64,000 bases of DNA from an uncultured Candidatus Binatia bacterium (GTDB taxonomy: Bacteria; Desulfobacterota; Binatia; UBA9968; JAJDTQ01). The position numbers were made by a program, and so were the translations under genes. The stretch lies in the NCBI GenBank assembly GCA_965242525.1, contig OZ251459.1, positions 1,856,001 to 1,920,000 of the forward strand, read 5' to 3'. The notes under the pieces were generated by a model. The model was not told the DNA's origin, did not search any database, and worked only from the letters and a program-made list of their open reading frames with translations. Positions 1-9,618 of the stretch are shown in pieces. How positions within the stretch are numbered: the stretch's first letter is position 1; each line of letters begins with the position of its first letter.

Positions 1-104
1 CCTGCACATCGATCCAGTAAGACGCTGAATCATTCACTTCAATGCTGTTCACTTCCTGTCTTCGAGGTCAAAAACTCAAAGTAGTAGACAAGGTAGGCGA
101 GACC

Positions 105-680
105 TCAAGACTTGCCTACCAATCGAAGAAATGGCAAGATTCGGTTAGCAGGAGAAGAAATCTTGAGCGGATCTTCCGGCTTATCGTGCAGTTTCGATTC
201 ATGTGATGGCTTAGTCCCATGTTTCTTCTGTATGACATTCGTAATGCAGACAAAACGCTGCCTATAGCGTCCTATGTCGAGAAACTCGTCGTCCTGCCAA
301 AACTTACGACCTACCGACCGGCAGTATGCCAGAAGACATTCCGCCCCTTGCAACTGTTGCTTAACTTCCTTAGCGGAGTGGACTATTCCGCCCTTCATCT
401 CGATATAAACGATCCACTTTTTGGCTTCGGTAATCAAGACATAATCGGCACGCTTGCACTCCCCCTTATCATTCTTGAAGAACCCCTTAGGAGAGGGAAA
501 TTGGTCCGCCTTGATGGCGATGAGATCATCTGGAACGTTGGACAGCGTTATGGAGTAACCCCCTTCTTGTCCACCGTCAGACTCTTTAAGGAGCACGCAT
601 GGTTTGGAGTAAGGACCCTTTTTCGAGATCGGTTCCATCTGATTGATCAACTCATGTAATGTAGTCAAATCGGACATCAC
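105..680 (-). CDS. hypothetical protein, probable PD-(D/E)XK nuclease fold
   Basis: 191-aa ORF; KRADYVLI...IVYIEMKGG fits a D...ExK motif; start overlaps the stop of the upstream ATPase (GTGA); lower GC than backbone. Confidence 0.6.
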   Translation of the reverse strand: MMSDLTTLHELINQMEPISKKGPYSKPCVLLKESDGGQEGGYSITLSNVPDDLIAIKADQFPSPKGFFKNDKGECKRADYVLITEAKKWIVYIEMKGGIVHSAKEVKQQLQGAECLLAYCRSVGRKFWQDDEFLDIGRYRQRFVCITNVIQKKHGTKPSHESKLHDKPEDPLKISSPANRILPFLRLVGKS

Positions 681-2089
681 TCACCTTCTCTCCACAGGAT
701 GGCGTCCTGAATCTCGTTCATCTTGTTGATGGTTTCGTCAAAACTGCGTACTTCGATGCCTAACTCAGGATTGATGTCCGCTTTAGTCAGGGTCTGGCAG
801 CGGCTCTTTCGTCGGTTGCCATCCAACTGGACAAGAGATTCTTCCGCAATATAGACCTTGACCTTTTCAGGGGCGAGAAGCTCCGATGACTCGTATCCTT
901 CGCGTTCGGCAATCCGCTTCAGGTACGGCTCATCGTGGTTTAGCATGATGAGGGTATTCAGTTCCTTGACGATGTAATCACTGTGTGTAGTCAGGAAAAC
1001 CTTGACCCCAAGGTTCACGAGTCGCGCAAAGAGCCGTGCAACGCGGCGCTGGTTTTCAGGGTGGAGGTTCAGTTCCGGCTCATCTACAATCAACAGGTCG
1101 CCGACCTTGACGACGTGAGGCAGATAAAATCCAAGATCAAGCAAAGACCGTACACTACTGGAGCTCTCATGCATATCTAGCCGGACTCGTTTATTCTTCG
1201 GTACAAAATACAGCTCGTCGTTGCGAGTTACTCGGTATGTGCCACCGACAACGTTGTCGAACCACTCCAGTACTCCAGGATGGTCGTCGGCCAAAAAGCT
1301 AGTATCCTTGGCAACATTTTCGAGCCGGCGGACAAAATCCACGTTGTTTTCGACAGGCAATGCATAGTCTTGATAAGACTTGTATAATAGTTCTCGTGGA
1401 TCCAGGTTCTTGTCTGCCTGGCTCATCTCTTTCAGTAAACGATTGTGTGCAAAATTCAATTCTTTGCGAAATATGGCTGCACCAGTTCGTTCAGCGCTGG
1501 AGATAAACGTATCAGGAAAAGACTGACCGAAGATGATTTCGTCGATAGCGTGAGTGATCTGTGATTGTATAATGAAATCAGAGATCTTGATCCCCTGCTT
1601 TTCTACCAGCAGAGAAATCCTGAGTTCCATGCTTCCCTTAGCCGTGTAGATGGAGAAAGTTTCGCGGTTTCGCGTACCATGGCTCTCCTCCATGGATTTG
1701 GACTTTACCGATTCGGATAATGCGTCTCGATCCAGAGATACCCGAAACCTAGTGTCTCGAAACCTTTCCCTGTGTGCGGCAAAAACCTTGGACAACTGGA
1801 CAGTATACCGATCGCACATATGGTCAAGAGCAGCCTCCGCCTTCTGAACGTATTCCGTCAGGTCAATAGCGGTCACGCCATCGTTCATAAGTTCTTCAAT
1901 TGACCGTTTCGGAAGCTGCCGTCCTCGTCGCATTGGACCTCGGTAGTTCCGCCAAGTCTTCAGAAAACCATACAGAGCATATGTTGCGTACGTCTTGCCA
2001 CTGTTATTACCGCCACAGATAATGGTCAAATCGCCCAAGTCGAACTCGGCCTGTCGCAGTACTCCGAGGTTCTTGACCGTTATTTTCAT
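677..2089 (-). CDS. ABC-like AAA ATPase (AAA_15/AAA_21 type)
   Basis: Walker A GGNNSGKT near the N-terminus, Walker B LIVDEPELNLHP, H-loop TTHSD; GGAGG RBS upstream. Confidence 0.88.
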   Translation of the reverse strand: MKITVKNLGVLRQAEFDLGDLTIICGGNNSGKTYATYALYGFLKTWRNYRGPMRRGRQLPKRSIEELMNDGVTAIDLTEYVQKAEAALDHMCDRYTVQLSKVFAAHRERFRDTRFRVSLDRDALSESVKSKSMEESHGTRNRETFSIYTAKGSMELRISLLVEKQGIKISDFIIQSQITHAIDEIIFGQSFPDTFISSAERTGAAIFRKELNFAHNRLLKEMSQADKNLDPRELLYKSYQDYALPVENNVDFVRRLENVAKDTSFLADDHPGVLEWFDNVVGGTYRVTRNDELYFVPKNKRVRLDMHESSSSVRSLLDLGFYLPHVVKVGDLLIVDEPELNLHPENQRRVARLFARLVNLGVKVFLTTHSDYIVKELNTLIMLNHDEPYLKRIAEREGYESSELLAPEKVKVYIAEESLVQLDGNRRKSRCQTLTKADINPELGIEVRSFDETINKMNEIQDAILWREGE

Positions 2090-2276
2090 TGGATACCTCC
2101 TAGCCGTTATGAATCCCGCATCGGAAACGTTTCATCCCTTCTCCCGCTCTTGCCTTCCGTCCAAGAATCGAAATCCTCCCCACACCCGCCACCCCACAAG
2201 CAAAGGGAAGAGATTTTGCTCCAGGTACCCATCCATATACCACAGAAACCCGCCGACACCACCCGCTCCCGTATGG

Positions 2277-3434
2277 TCAGATGGGCGGGCGGCTGTCCTC
2301 CCCGTACCCCGTCAACTCCACGTATCCCTGCCCGATGGGCTCTCCGTTCCCGGACTCGATGCGGACGGAGCCTTCCCAATAGAAGAGGTTGGGGATCAGC
2401 GCGCTCCGGTTCTCCTGGTCGGCGAGCCTGGGGGTAATGACCGCGCGGATGCCGGCCCCGGGGACGTCCAGGGTCCACCCCGCGGGATAGGCTGCGCCGG
2501 TGACGGGACTCGTCCATTCCCCGGTGGCCTGCAACTCCCACTCGCCGGGGCGCAGGTAGCGGACGGCTCCCACGGCGTCCACCAGGGTAGCGCCGGCGTA
2601 GTAGGCGCCGCGGTTGCGGTCGCGGAGCACGTAGAGCATCAATTCGCGCCTGTCGTCGAATTGCAGGCTGAACCAGTCCCAACCTACGGTATCCTTGCCG
2701 AGCTGGTTGGAGCCGAACTCCTTGTCCATCCAGCTCACCCCGGCCACCGCAAGCTCCCGGCCGTCCACGCGGACCGTGCCGGAAGTGGCCATGCGCGTGT
2801 AGCTGTAGTAATGGCTCGCCTCGGTGGCGCCCTCCCCTTTCCGGCTCAGGCCGCCGGGTCCCTGGAACACCACGGGCTTCAGGGGACGGGTGGAGAGTTC
2901 GAAACCGAAGGATTTCCCGGCGTCCGCCATGGCGGCGTCGAAGCCGTTGCCGTTCCAGCGGAGACGCCACGGCTCCGACGTGCCCGGAGGCCCCACGCTC
3001 CATACGAGCCGGGAGTCCGGGAGGCGGCCGAAGCCGGCCAGGAACGGCGCCGCGCGCACCACCACTTCGCTGAACCGGTGGCGACCGGTGTCGAGGTCGG
3101 TCAACGCGGCGTGGCCCATGACCACGTCCTTGGCGGCCCAGGACGAGTCGGCCTTGGGCGCGCTTGGCGAAACCCCGATGCGGAAGAAGGTGAACTGGTA
3201 GCCGAACCGCCGCACAGGCTCCTCTGCGGTGCGGAGATGTCCGGTGAAGTACCACCACTCCGTCTTGTAGCCGTGCCGGGCCCAGTGGTCCTGCGGAAAC
3301 GACCACTCGTAACCCGGTCGAGCCGGGATCCATGCGCCCCCCGCGGACCCCGACGCCCCCGCCAGGAGACACGCAGCCAGCAGGAGACCCACGAGCAGCC
3401 GGAATTGTTCCGGGTTTCCCTCATGCATCCGCAT
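2277..3434 (-). CDS. secreted lipocalin-like hydrolase (AttH/CrtC-like)
   Basis: Signal peptide; FPQDH..H..YKTEWWYFTG, YYS, WMDKEF, GWDWFSLQ, YWEG, GYVELTGY motifs; start estimated. Confidence 0.85.
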   Translation of the reverse strand: MRMHEGNPEQFRLLVGLLLAACLLAGASGSAGGAWIPARPGYEWSFPQDHWARHGYKTEWWYFTGHLRTAEEPVRRFGYQFTFFRIGVSPSAPKADSSWAAKDVVMGHAALTDLDTGRHRFSEVVVRAAPFLAGFGRLPDSRLVWSVGPPGTSEPWRLRWNGNGFDAAMADAGKSFGFELSTRPLKPVVFQGPGGLSRKGEGATEASHYYSYTRMATSGTVRVDGRELAVAGVSWMDKEFGSNQLGKDTVGWDWFSLQFDDRRELMLYVLRDRNRGAYYAGATLVDAVGAVRYLRPGEWELQATGEWTSPVTGAAYPAGWTLDVPGAGIRAVITPRLADQENRSALIPNLFYWEGSVRIESGNGEPIGQGYVELTGYGEDSRPPI

Positions 3435-5943
3435 GACACAACTCGTTGGCCGGCGTGCGGCTGGCCCGGAAGGCCGGGTAGAGGCTCGCCAGCACCGCCG
3501 CGGACAGGATGGCCAGGGCTTGCCCGGCAAGCGCACCCAAAGGCCATGTCCACTCGATGCTCCAGCCGAAATAGCTCTTCTGGATGACGAAGATCAGCAC
3601 TGCGCCGAGACCGACGCCAGCGGCCAAGCCCAGGGCCAGGCCCATGAACGCCAAGGCCGTCCCCTTGCCCACGAACAGCCGGAAGACCTGGGTGCGGAAC
3701 GCACCCAGGGTGCGGTACAACGCGATCTCGCCGGCCTTCTCCTGGGCCACCACCAGCAGCGTCAGGGTGATGGCGCAGGCCGCGATGACCAGGCTCATGA
3801 CCTGGAGGATGCGCGTCACCGCGAACGTCTGGTCGAATACGTGGAGCACCTCCTCCTTGAGCCGCGGGTTGCTGCGCACCCGAAGGGAGCCGTGCGGATG
3901 GCGGCTCTCGATGCCGGCCGCCACCGCCTCCGCCTCGGCCCCGGGCCGCAGGTGGAGCGCGACGCTGGTGAGGCGCCCGGGCCCGAGCGCGGCCGCCATG
4001 AGGGACCTGTCCATGGTCACCGATCCGCCCTCGGTGTAGTCGCGATAGACCCCCGACACGGGCAGCCGCACCAACCCCTCCGGCCCTTCGATCTCCACCT
4101 CGTCCCCCGCCTCCAGGGAAAGGCTCCGGGACAACGGCTCGCCGATGAGCACCCCCCGATCCCGGACCGCGCGCCCCGCGGCCCCGCGGCCCGAAAGGAG
4201 CGCCAGGCGCCGCCGTTCCGCGGGAAGGTTCAGGTCCACCCCCACCACCGCCACGCGCCGACCGCCCACCCGCAGGAAGAGGCGGCGCAGAGGATCGACG
4301 CCCTCCACCTCGGGCAGGGCCGCCAAACGCTCCACGAGCTGCGCGCTCAGGGTAGCACCGGGCGCGGGCCGCGCCCCGGCGGTGGCGGTGACATAGACGT
4401 CCGCGCGCAACGACCGGTCCACCCAGCGCACCAGGGTCTCGCGAAAGCTCTCCACCAGCAGCGTGATGCCCACCAGCAGGCACACGGCCATGGCAAGGGA
4501 CGACACCGAGAACGACGTGTTGGCCAGGGTCGCCCCCAGGCTGCGGACGCCGTACCGCAAACCGAAGTCCGAGACCCTCACCCGGCCGCTCAAGCGCTGC
4601 ACCAGCCGGGGCGCCAGCAGCGGGAGGCAAAGCAACAGGACGGTGGCGAGGAGGAAACCCGCGGGACGCCAGCGCCAACCCGCGAGCCAGTACCAAGCCA
4701 GGACGCCGGCCACCAAGCCGAGGCCGAGACGGAAGAGGTTGCGGACCCCGGCGATACCCGCGGACCGGGTCGGGAAGTTGTCCAGCAGCGCCCGGGTGTC
4801 CCGGCACCACACGCTCAGGGCCGGCGGCAACGTGCCGCTCAGGGCGCCGCCCATGCCTGCCAGCACCGCCAGGGCGAGGGTGCCGGCCGACACCTCCAGG
4901 GACTCGATCTCCCGGAGCATATAGACGTTGGTCAGGGTGGAGCTCACTGCGTCCAGGTTCCACACCGCGGTCCAGTAGCCTGCGAATATCCCCACGGCCA
5001 CACCCATGACCCCCAGCAACGCCGCCTCTCCGAGGATGAGCGCCAATACCTGGGCCGGGGTGGATCCCAGCGACCGCAACAACCCGAACTCCCGCCGTTG
5101 CCACACTAGGCAGGCGCGCATGCTGCTGAACACCAGGAACGTCCCCACCAGGAGGCTGACCATGCTCAGGGCGGTCAGGTTCAGGCGGAACGCCCCGAGG
5201 AGTTGCCAGGCCTGGCCGGCCCGTTCCGACGGGGTCGCCGCCTCCGCGCCGCGGTCGAGCCTGCGTTCGAGCCGGGCCGCCAGCGCCGCCGGCTCGGTCC
5301 CCGGAGCGGCCTCCACGCCGATGCGGTGCAGGGTCCCGGAACCGCCGAACAGGGACTGGGCTTCGGCGATGTCCATCACCAGCGCCCTGCGGCTCCCGGA
5401 CGCCCCCCAGCGCCGCATGTCGATGAACGCCCCCACCCGGAGCACGGCCGCGTGGGCGCCGGCGCGGGCCTCGAAACGGTCTCCCGCGGACCATCCCATG
5501 GCCGCGGCCAACTCCGGGGTGACTGCCGCCCAGCCCGGCCCGCCCACGGCCTCCGCATCCGGCGCGAGTCCCGAGAGCGCGTCGCGGAAGTCCCGGGCGG
5601 GCGCCAGGAGATCGACCCCCAGCAACCGGACGAAAACGTCCGGCCGTCCCTGCACCGACACCGCGGTCTCGAACACGGGCCAAGCCGCGCTGACCCCGGA
5701 CGCGGCTCGAACGAGGGCGAAGGCGCGATCCGGCAGGGTCCCGCCCTTGCCGGTGATCACCACGTCCGCGGCGCCGCCGATGGTGTGGATCCCCGCGGCG
5801 AACGACGCGACGGCGCTCTGGTTGAGGATGCGGATGCTGATGACCGAGGCCACGCCCAGAGCCACGCCCAGGACGGTCAAGCCGTAGAGCACCGGGTTCG
5901 TGCGCCAATGCGCGGACACGGTCCTGTAGAAGTAGCGGGCCAT
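3421..5943 (-). CDS. ABC transporter permease, duplicated FtsX/MacB-type (AttFG-like)
   Basis: LGVALGVA, RREFGLLRSLG and EIALYRTLGA repeats; start at MARYF. Confidence 0.88.
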   Translation of the reverse strand: MARYFYRTVSAHWRTNPVLYGLTVLGVALGVASVISIRILNQSAVASFAAGIHTIGGAADVVITGKGGTLPDRAFALVRAASGVSAAWPVFETAVSVQGRPDVFVRLLGVDLLAPARDFRDALSGLAPDAEAVGGPGWAAVTPELAAAMGWSAGDRFEARAGAHAAVLRVGAFIDMRRWGASGSRRALVMDIAEAQSLFGGSGTLHRIGVEAAPGTEPAALAARLERRLDRGAEAATPSERAGQAWQLLGAFRLNLTALSMVSLLVGTFLVFSSMRACLVWQRREFGLLRSLGSTPAQVLALILGEAALLGVMGVAVGIFAGYWTAVWNLDAVSSTLTNVYMLREIESLEVSAGTLALAVLAGMGGALSGTLPPALSVWCRDTRALLDNFPTRSAGIAGVRNLFRLGLGLVAGVLAWYWLAGWRWRPAGFLLATVLLLCLPLLAPRLVQRLSGRVRVSDFGLRYGVRSLGATLANTSFSVSSLAMAVCLLVGITLLVESFRETLVRWVDRSLRADVYVTATAGARPAPGATLSAQLVERLAALPEVEGVDPLRRLFLRVGGRRVAVVGVDLNLPAERRRLALLSGRGAAGRAVRDRGVLIGEPLSRSLSLEAGDEVEIEGPEGLVRLPVSGVYRDYTEGGSVTMDRSLMAAALGPGRLTSVALHLRPGAEAEAVAAGIESRHPHGSLRVRSNPRLKEEVLHVFDQTFAVTRILQVMSLVIAACAITLTLLVVAQEKAGEIALYRTLGAFRTQVFRLFVGKGTALAFMGLALGLAAGVGLGAVLIFVIQKSYFGWSIEWTWPLGALAGQALAILSAAVLASLYPAFRASRTPANELCHADA

Positions 5944-5953
5944 GCTCCCGGGG

Positions 5954-6652
5954 TCACGCCGGTGCGCGGGAGCCCGGCTCGAGGATCCCGCTGTGGAGCC
6001 GCAGGACGCCGTCGGCCATGGCCGCGAGCTCCCGGCTGTGGGTGGCATAGACGAGCGTCGCGCCTTCCTCCGCCACCATCCGGCGCATGAGGTCCATCAC
6101 CACTTGGCCGCTGGCGTCGTCCAGGCTGCCGGTGGGCTCGTCCGCCAGCAACAGGCGGGGCCGCCGCAGCAACGCGCGGCAGATGGCCACCCGCTGCATC
6201 TCGCCGCCGCTCAGCCCGGCCACCCGATGGTCCGCCCGCTCCTCCAGGCCCACCCTCTCCAGCAACGCGGCCACGCGGGAGCGGAAGGAGCGCTCCCGGG
6301 CGCCCGCGATGAGCTCCGGCAGGGCCACGTTGTCCCGCACCGTCAGGTGGGGAAGCAGGTGGAACAGTTGGAACACGAAACCGACCTCGCGGCGCCGAAG
6401 CCGGGTGCGGCCGGTCTCGCTGAGACCTTCGAGGGGCGTGCCGCGCACCGCCACCGACCCCGCGGAGGGCGTGTCGATGCCCGCGGCCAAGTGCAGCAGC
6501 GTCGATTTGCCGCTGCCGCTGCGGCCCACGATGGCCACGGTGCTGCCGGAGCCGATCTCGAAAGAGACGTCGCGCAGCGCGTAGCGCTCCGCGGACCCCG
6601 AGCCGGCGTACACCTTCGACACGTTGACGAACGCAAGCGCGGCCTGAGCCAT
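5954..6652 (-). CDS. ABC transporter ATP-binding protein (LolD/AttE-like)
   Basis: GRSGSGKST, LSGGEMQRVAI, LLADEPTG. Confidence 0.93.
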   Translation of the reverse strand: MAQAALAFVNVSKVYAGSGSAERYALRDVSFEIGSGSTVAIVGRSGSGKSTLLHLAAGIDTPSAGSVAVRGTPLEGLSETGRTRLRRREVGFVFQLFHLLPHLTVRDNVALPELIAGARERSFRSRVAALLERVGLEERADHRVAGLSGGEMQRVAICRALLRRPRLLLADEPTGSLDDASGQVVMDLMRRMVAEEGATLVYATHSRELAAMADGVLRLHSGILEPGSRAPA

Positions 6653-6816
6653 TGACACTCGGACTGCCGAAAGGCGCGAGTTATCGGGACCCGTCAACAC
6701 CCATCATAGTGGGTTCCTGCTCACTCGGAAAGGTTCCTGGTTCCGGTTCTGCCTTGAGCTTGATTTCGCAGGCGATGGCTGACGACCGATACTCACCCGA
6801 TTCGATCCCCGGGTTC

Positions 6817-7188
6817 CTACACCCTCACAGGGTATGACCGGGAAGCCAGCATTTGCTGCCGTTGTTTGCGTTCCGACGGCTCTCGAGGCCAACCGACGAT
6901 GTTCGCGTGCCGCGGCGGGTCGTCATCGTGCTCGACTCGAAGACCGGCCTCCTGCACTGCCGACTCGGGGAACTCGCCCCAACCATGGAGTTTTCGTGCG
7001 GTGGGATGTTTCTTCACGACCTCATCACCCAGATCGCGGATCTGACCACGGACAAGACCACCGACGCGGAAAACGGAAAGCTCAAGCGCCTTGTTCGGCT
7101 CGAACAACTTGGGCTTTACGATCGAGTCGGTGAGACGGCCGCTCTCCACCGCGAACCTGGCAAGCAAACCCGCAGCCCTGACGGTCAT
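6817..7188 (-). CDS. hypothetical protein, putative toxin
   Basis: ATG overlaps the upstream stop (ATGA at 7185-7188); LARF...ELSVFR...PRHANIVGWP pattern. Confidence 0.6.
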   Translation of the reverse strand: MTVRAAGLLARFAVESGRLTDSIVKPKLFEPNKALELSVFRVGGLVRGQIRDLGDEVVKKHPTARKLHGWGEFPESAVQEAGLRVEHDDDPPRHANIVGWPREPSERKQRQQMLASRSYPVRV

Positions 7189-7595
7189 TCGGTCTGCGCG
7201 CTCCGCAACCGTTCGAAGCAGCATTGCACGAATTGCGGCAACTTTCCGGTCCACGGTTCACGGCCGTTCAATCGAGCGCCATGGAACAGTCCGGAGAACG
7301 CGATTTCCCCGGAAGGACCAATGCTTACCGTAAGCATCATGTCCTGAGCGACAACCCAATCGAAATCCACTTCCCCGTGTGGCGTGGCGGCGACATCGGG
7401 CCGGGCAACGTAGCCCGGGAACTCGTCTATAAGTTTCCGGGCAATGTCCACCGTCTCCGGAGCAAGCGCAAGCGCGCCTTCGCCATCCCAGTTTTCGTCG
7501 CCGGCCTGCTTCAAGAGAGCGTAAACTTCCTGTCCGAGCGACTCTCGGTCCGCATTCGAGTATCGAACGATCCACGCGTCGGGAGTCACCGTCAT
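7185..7595 (-). CDS. hypothetical protein with NWDGxGA motif, putative antitoxin/immunity protein; 5' part split off by a MITE
   Basis: GGAGGTG before ATG 7595; ENWDGEGA...P.GEVDFDW; frame continues upstream beyond the MITE. Confidence 0.6.
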   Translation of the reverse strand: MTVTPDAWIVRYSNADRESLGQEVYALLKQAGDENWDGEGALALAPETVDIARKLIDEFPGYVARPDVAATPHGEVDFDWVVAQDMMLTVSIGPSGEIAFSGLFHGARLNGREPWTGKLPQFVQCCFERLRSAQTE

Positions 7596-7680
7596 CTTCA
7601 CCTCCAATGGCTCATCGGGTTTGACGTCTCGATGGCCGTTTATGGCGACGAACAGGCTTTCCCCGCCGGAATGCATCTCC

Positions 7681-7853
7681 GGAACCTCTGAACAATCGGG
7701 ACAGGGGGCATGAGCGCGTCCTTCGACTTCGCTTCGCTACGCTCAGGATGAATGGGGGACTTCGCTCCGCTACGCTCAGGACGAACAGGGATAGGGGCGT
7801 CAGGGTGAGGGAAGCGGGAATCCATCCCGGATGCTCGATTGTTCAGAGGTTCC
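7681..7853. mobile_element. MITE with IS5-like ends and REP cargo
   Basis: Perfect 18-bp TIR GGAACCTCTGAACAATCG (7681-7698 / 7836-7853); CTCC duplicated on both flanks. Confidence 0.85.
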
Positions 7854-8007
7854 CTCCGGCTCAATGCGAACGTCGTAGGGCACCTCGCCTTCACGAAAGC
7901 GCGCCCGTCCGAAAGCGTCGATGGAGGCCGCATCCACGAGAACCGACGTCCGAGGATCGAACAATCACAAGCGGGAACTCTCCCCCGACGAACACCAGGC
8001 TGCTCAT

Positions 8008-8137
8008 GGAAACTCTGAACAATGGAACCGTGGATGAGTGGTATTCCCTCACCTGACCTTCCTATCCCCGTTCGTCCTGAGCGTAGCGAAGCGAAGTCGA
8101 AGGACGCGCTCTTCCTCCAGAATCGTTCATAGGCTCC
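8008..8137. mobile_element. degenerate MITE of the same family, opposite orientation
   Basis: Ends GGAAACTCTGAACAAT and (reverse complement) GGAGCCTATGAACGAT; flanks TCAT/TTAT; inverted 31-bp REP at 8075-8105. Confidence 0.7.
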
Positions 8138-8211
8138 TTATGCAAGTCTGTGTCATCTATACGGGATCCTGCTGGTCCAGGGTGACAGGGGCAACCTCTG
8201 CACCCGCAACG

Positions 8212-8241
8212 AATATGTGGGGATTCTCGTAGCGAAGTCAA
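8212..8241 (-). promoter_or_regulatory. putative sigma70 promoter facing the toxin-antitoxin-like pair
   Basis: TTGACT-N18-CATATT on the minus strand. Confidence 0.4.
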
Positions 8242-8377
8242 GGGCTTGGGGCCGCCCCGGGGCTGGCGCATGGACACATCCCGGCAACGACCGCCAGCCC
8301 GGCACTCGGCACGCATCTGCCGCAAGGGGAGAAGTGTCAGGGCAGGCCCCACCGTCGTGTCAGGGCAGGCCCCTCCG

Positions 8378-9286
8378 TCACCCGGCGCCGAGGACATGGC
8401 GTAGCCCCTCCGTCAGCGAGCCGTGGCGGAAGGCGTACCCGGAGCCCGGCAGCTTTTCCGGCTTGACCCGGGCGCTGGCCAGCAGCAGCGCCTCCGCCAT
8501 CTCGCCGAAAGCCAACCGGGCCATGAAACCGGGAACCGGGAACACGGTGGGCCGGCGGAGCGCGCGGCCCAGAGTCGCGGTGAACTCGCGGTTGGTGACC
8601 GGCGCGGGCGCAACCACGTTCACCGGCCCCGTTACCGTGTCCGCGGCCAGCAGGTGGCCGAGGGCTGCGGCAGCGTCGTCCAGGGTGATCCAGCTCATGT
8701 ACTGCCGGCCGTTTCCGAGGACGCCCCCGACGCCGAGTTTGAAGGGCGTCAGCATCTTGGCCAACGCGCCGCCCCGCTTGCTCAACACCATGCCCAGCCG
8801 CGCGTGGACCACCCGGACGCCCTTTCCCTCGGCCGCTTCGGTGGCCGCTTCCCACGCGCCGCACACCTCGGAAAGGAAACCCGTACCCGCGGGACTGCCC
8901 TCGGTGAGATCCTCCTCGCCGCGGTCGCCGTAGAAACCCACCGCAGAGGCGGACACCAGCACCCGGGGCGGCCGCTCCAGCGCCGCCAGGGTCCGGGCCA
9001 GCAGCCGCGTCCCGCGGACACGGCTTTCCCGGATGCGGCGTTTCTTCTCCGCGTTCCAGCGCCCGGAAGCGATGTTCTCGCCGGCCAAGTGCACCACGCC
9101 CTCGAATCCCTCCAGGGCTTCCGCTCCAAGGGTTTCCGCATCCGGGTCCCAGGGGACGTCGCCGGCGCCCGCACCGCTACCCGGCGCCGACCGCACCAGC
9201 CGCGCCACCTCGTGTCCGTCCGCCCTCAGCAACGGGACCAGCGCGCTGCCCACCAGTCCCGACGCTCCGGTCACCAGTACCTTCAT
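8378..9286 (-). CDS. TIGR01777 family NAD-dependent epimerase/oxidoreductase
   Basis: VLVTGASGLVG, HLAGENIA.GRW, SASAVGFYG, GRQYMSWI; AAGGAGG RBS. Confidence 0.92.
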   Translation of the reverse strand: MKVLVTGASGLVGSALVPLLRADGHEVARLVRSAPGSGAGAGDVPWDPDAETLGAEALEGFEGVVHLAGENIASGRWNAEKKRRIRESRVRGTRLLARTLAALERPPRVLVSASAVGFYGDRGEEDLTEGSPAGTGFLSEVCGAWEAATEAAEGKGVRVVHARLGMVLSKRGGALAKMLTPFKLGVGGVLGNGRQYMSWITLDDAAAALGHLLAADTVTGPVNVVAPAPVTNREFTATLGRALRRPTVFPVPGFMARLAFGEMAEALLLASARVKPEKLPGSGYAFRHGSLTEGLRHVLGAG

Positions 9287-9414
9287 GCGGGGGCCTCCTT
9301 TCCTCGCACGCCGTGCGGCGTCGCTTGCACCGCCGCGGCACCGTCCGCGCCTCGTTCTTCCGTATCCCGTTCTATCATAGCATCGGCGGACCGTTTGGCG
9401 AGTCCGTGTCCGCA

Positions 9415-9525
9415 AGAACGCCTGAACAATCGGGACATGGAGGATGGATTCCCGCTTTCGCGGGAATGACGGGGGTGGGCGTCTGCGGGAATGACGGGGC
9501 AGGCGTCCGCGGAGCAATGACGGCG
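9415..9525. repeat. partial MITE end plus dRS3-like REP composite
   Basis: AGAACGCCTGAACAATCG end, then ATTCCC-N8-GGGAAT at 9448-9467; downstream part matches 18991-19046. Confidence 0.7.
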
Positions 9526-9618
9526 TGGGGAACGCGCCCGCGCCTGTTTGACTTAGCTGCGAAGTGTTCCTAAACCTTTCGTCAGCGGGGCTCGGCAACG
9601 CGGGTCCGTGCTCAGACC

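Noticed and set aside
7640-8232. Small ORFs with PERSEAKSKD / FDFASLRSG / SFPRKRES peptides
   Set aside because: Translations of REP/MITE sequence that recur wherever the repeat occurs.
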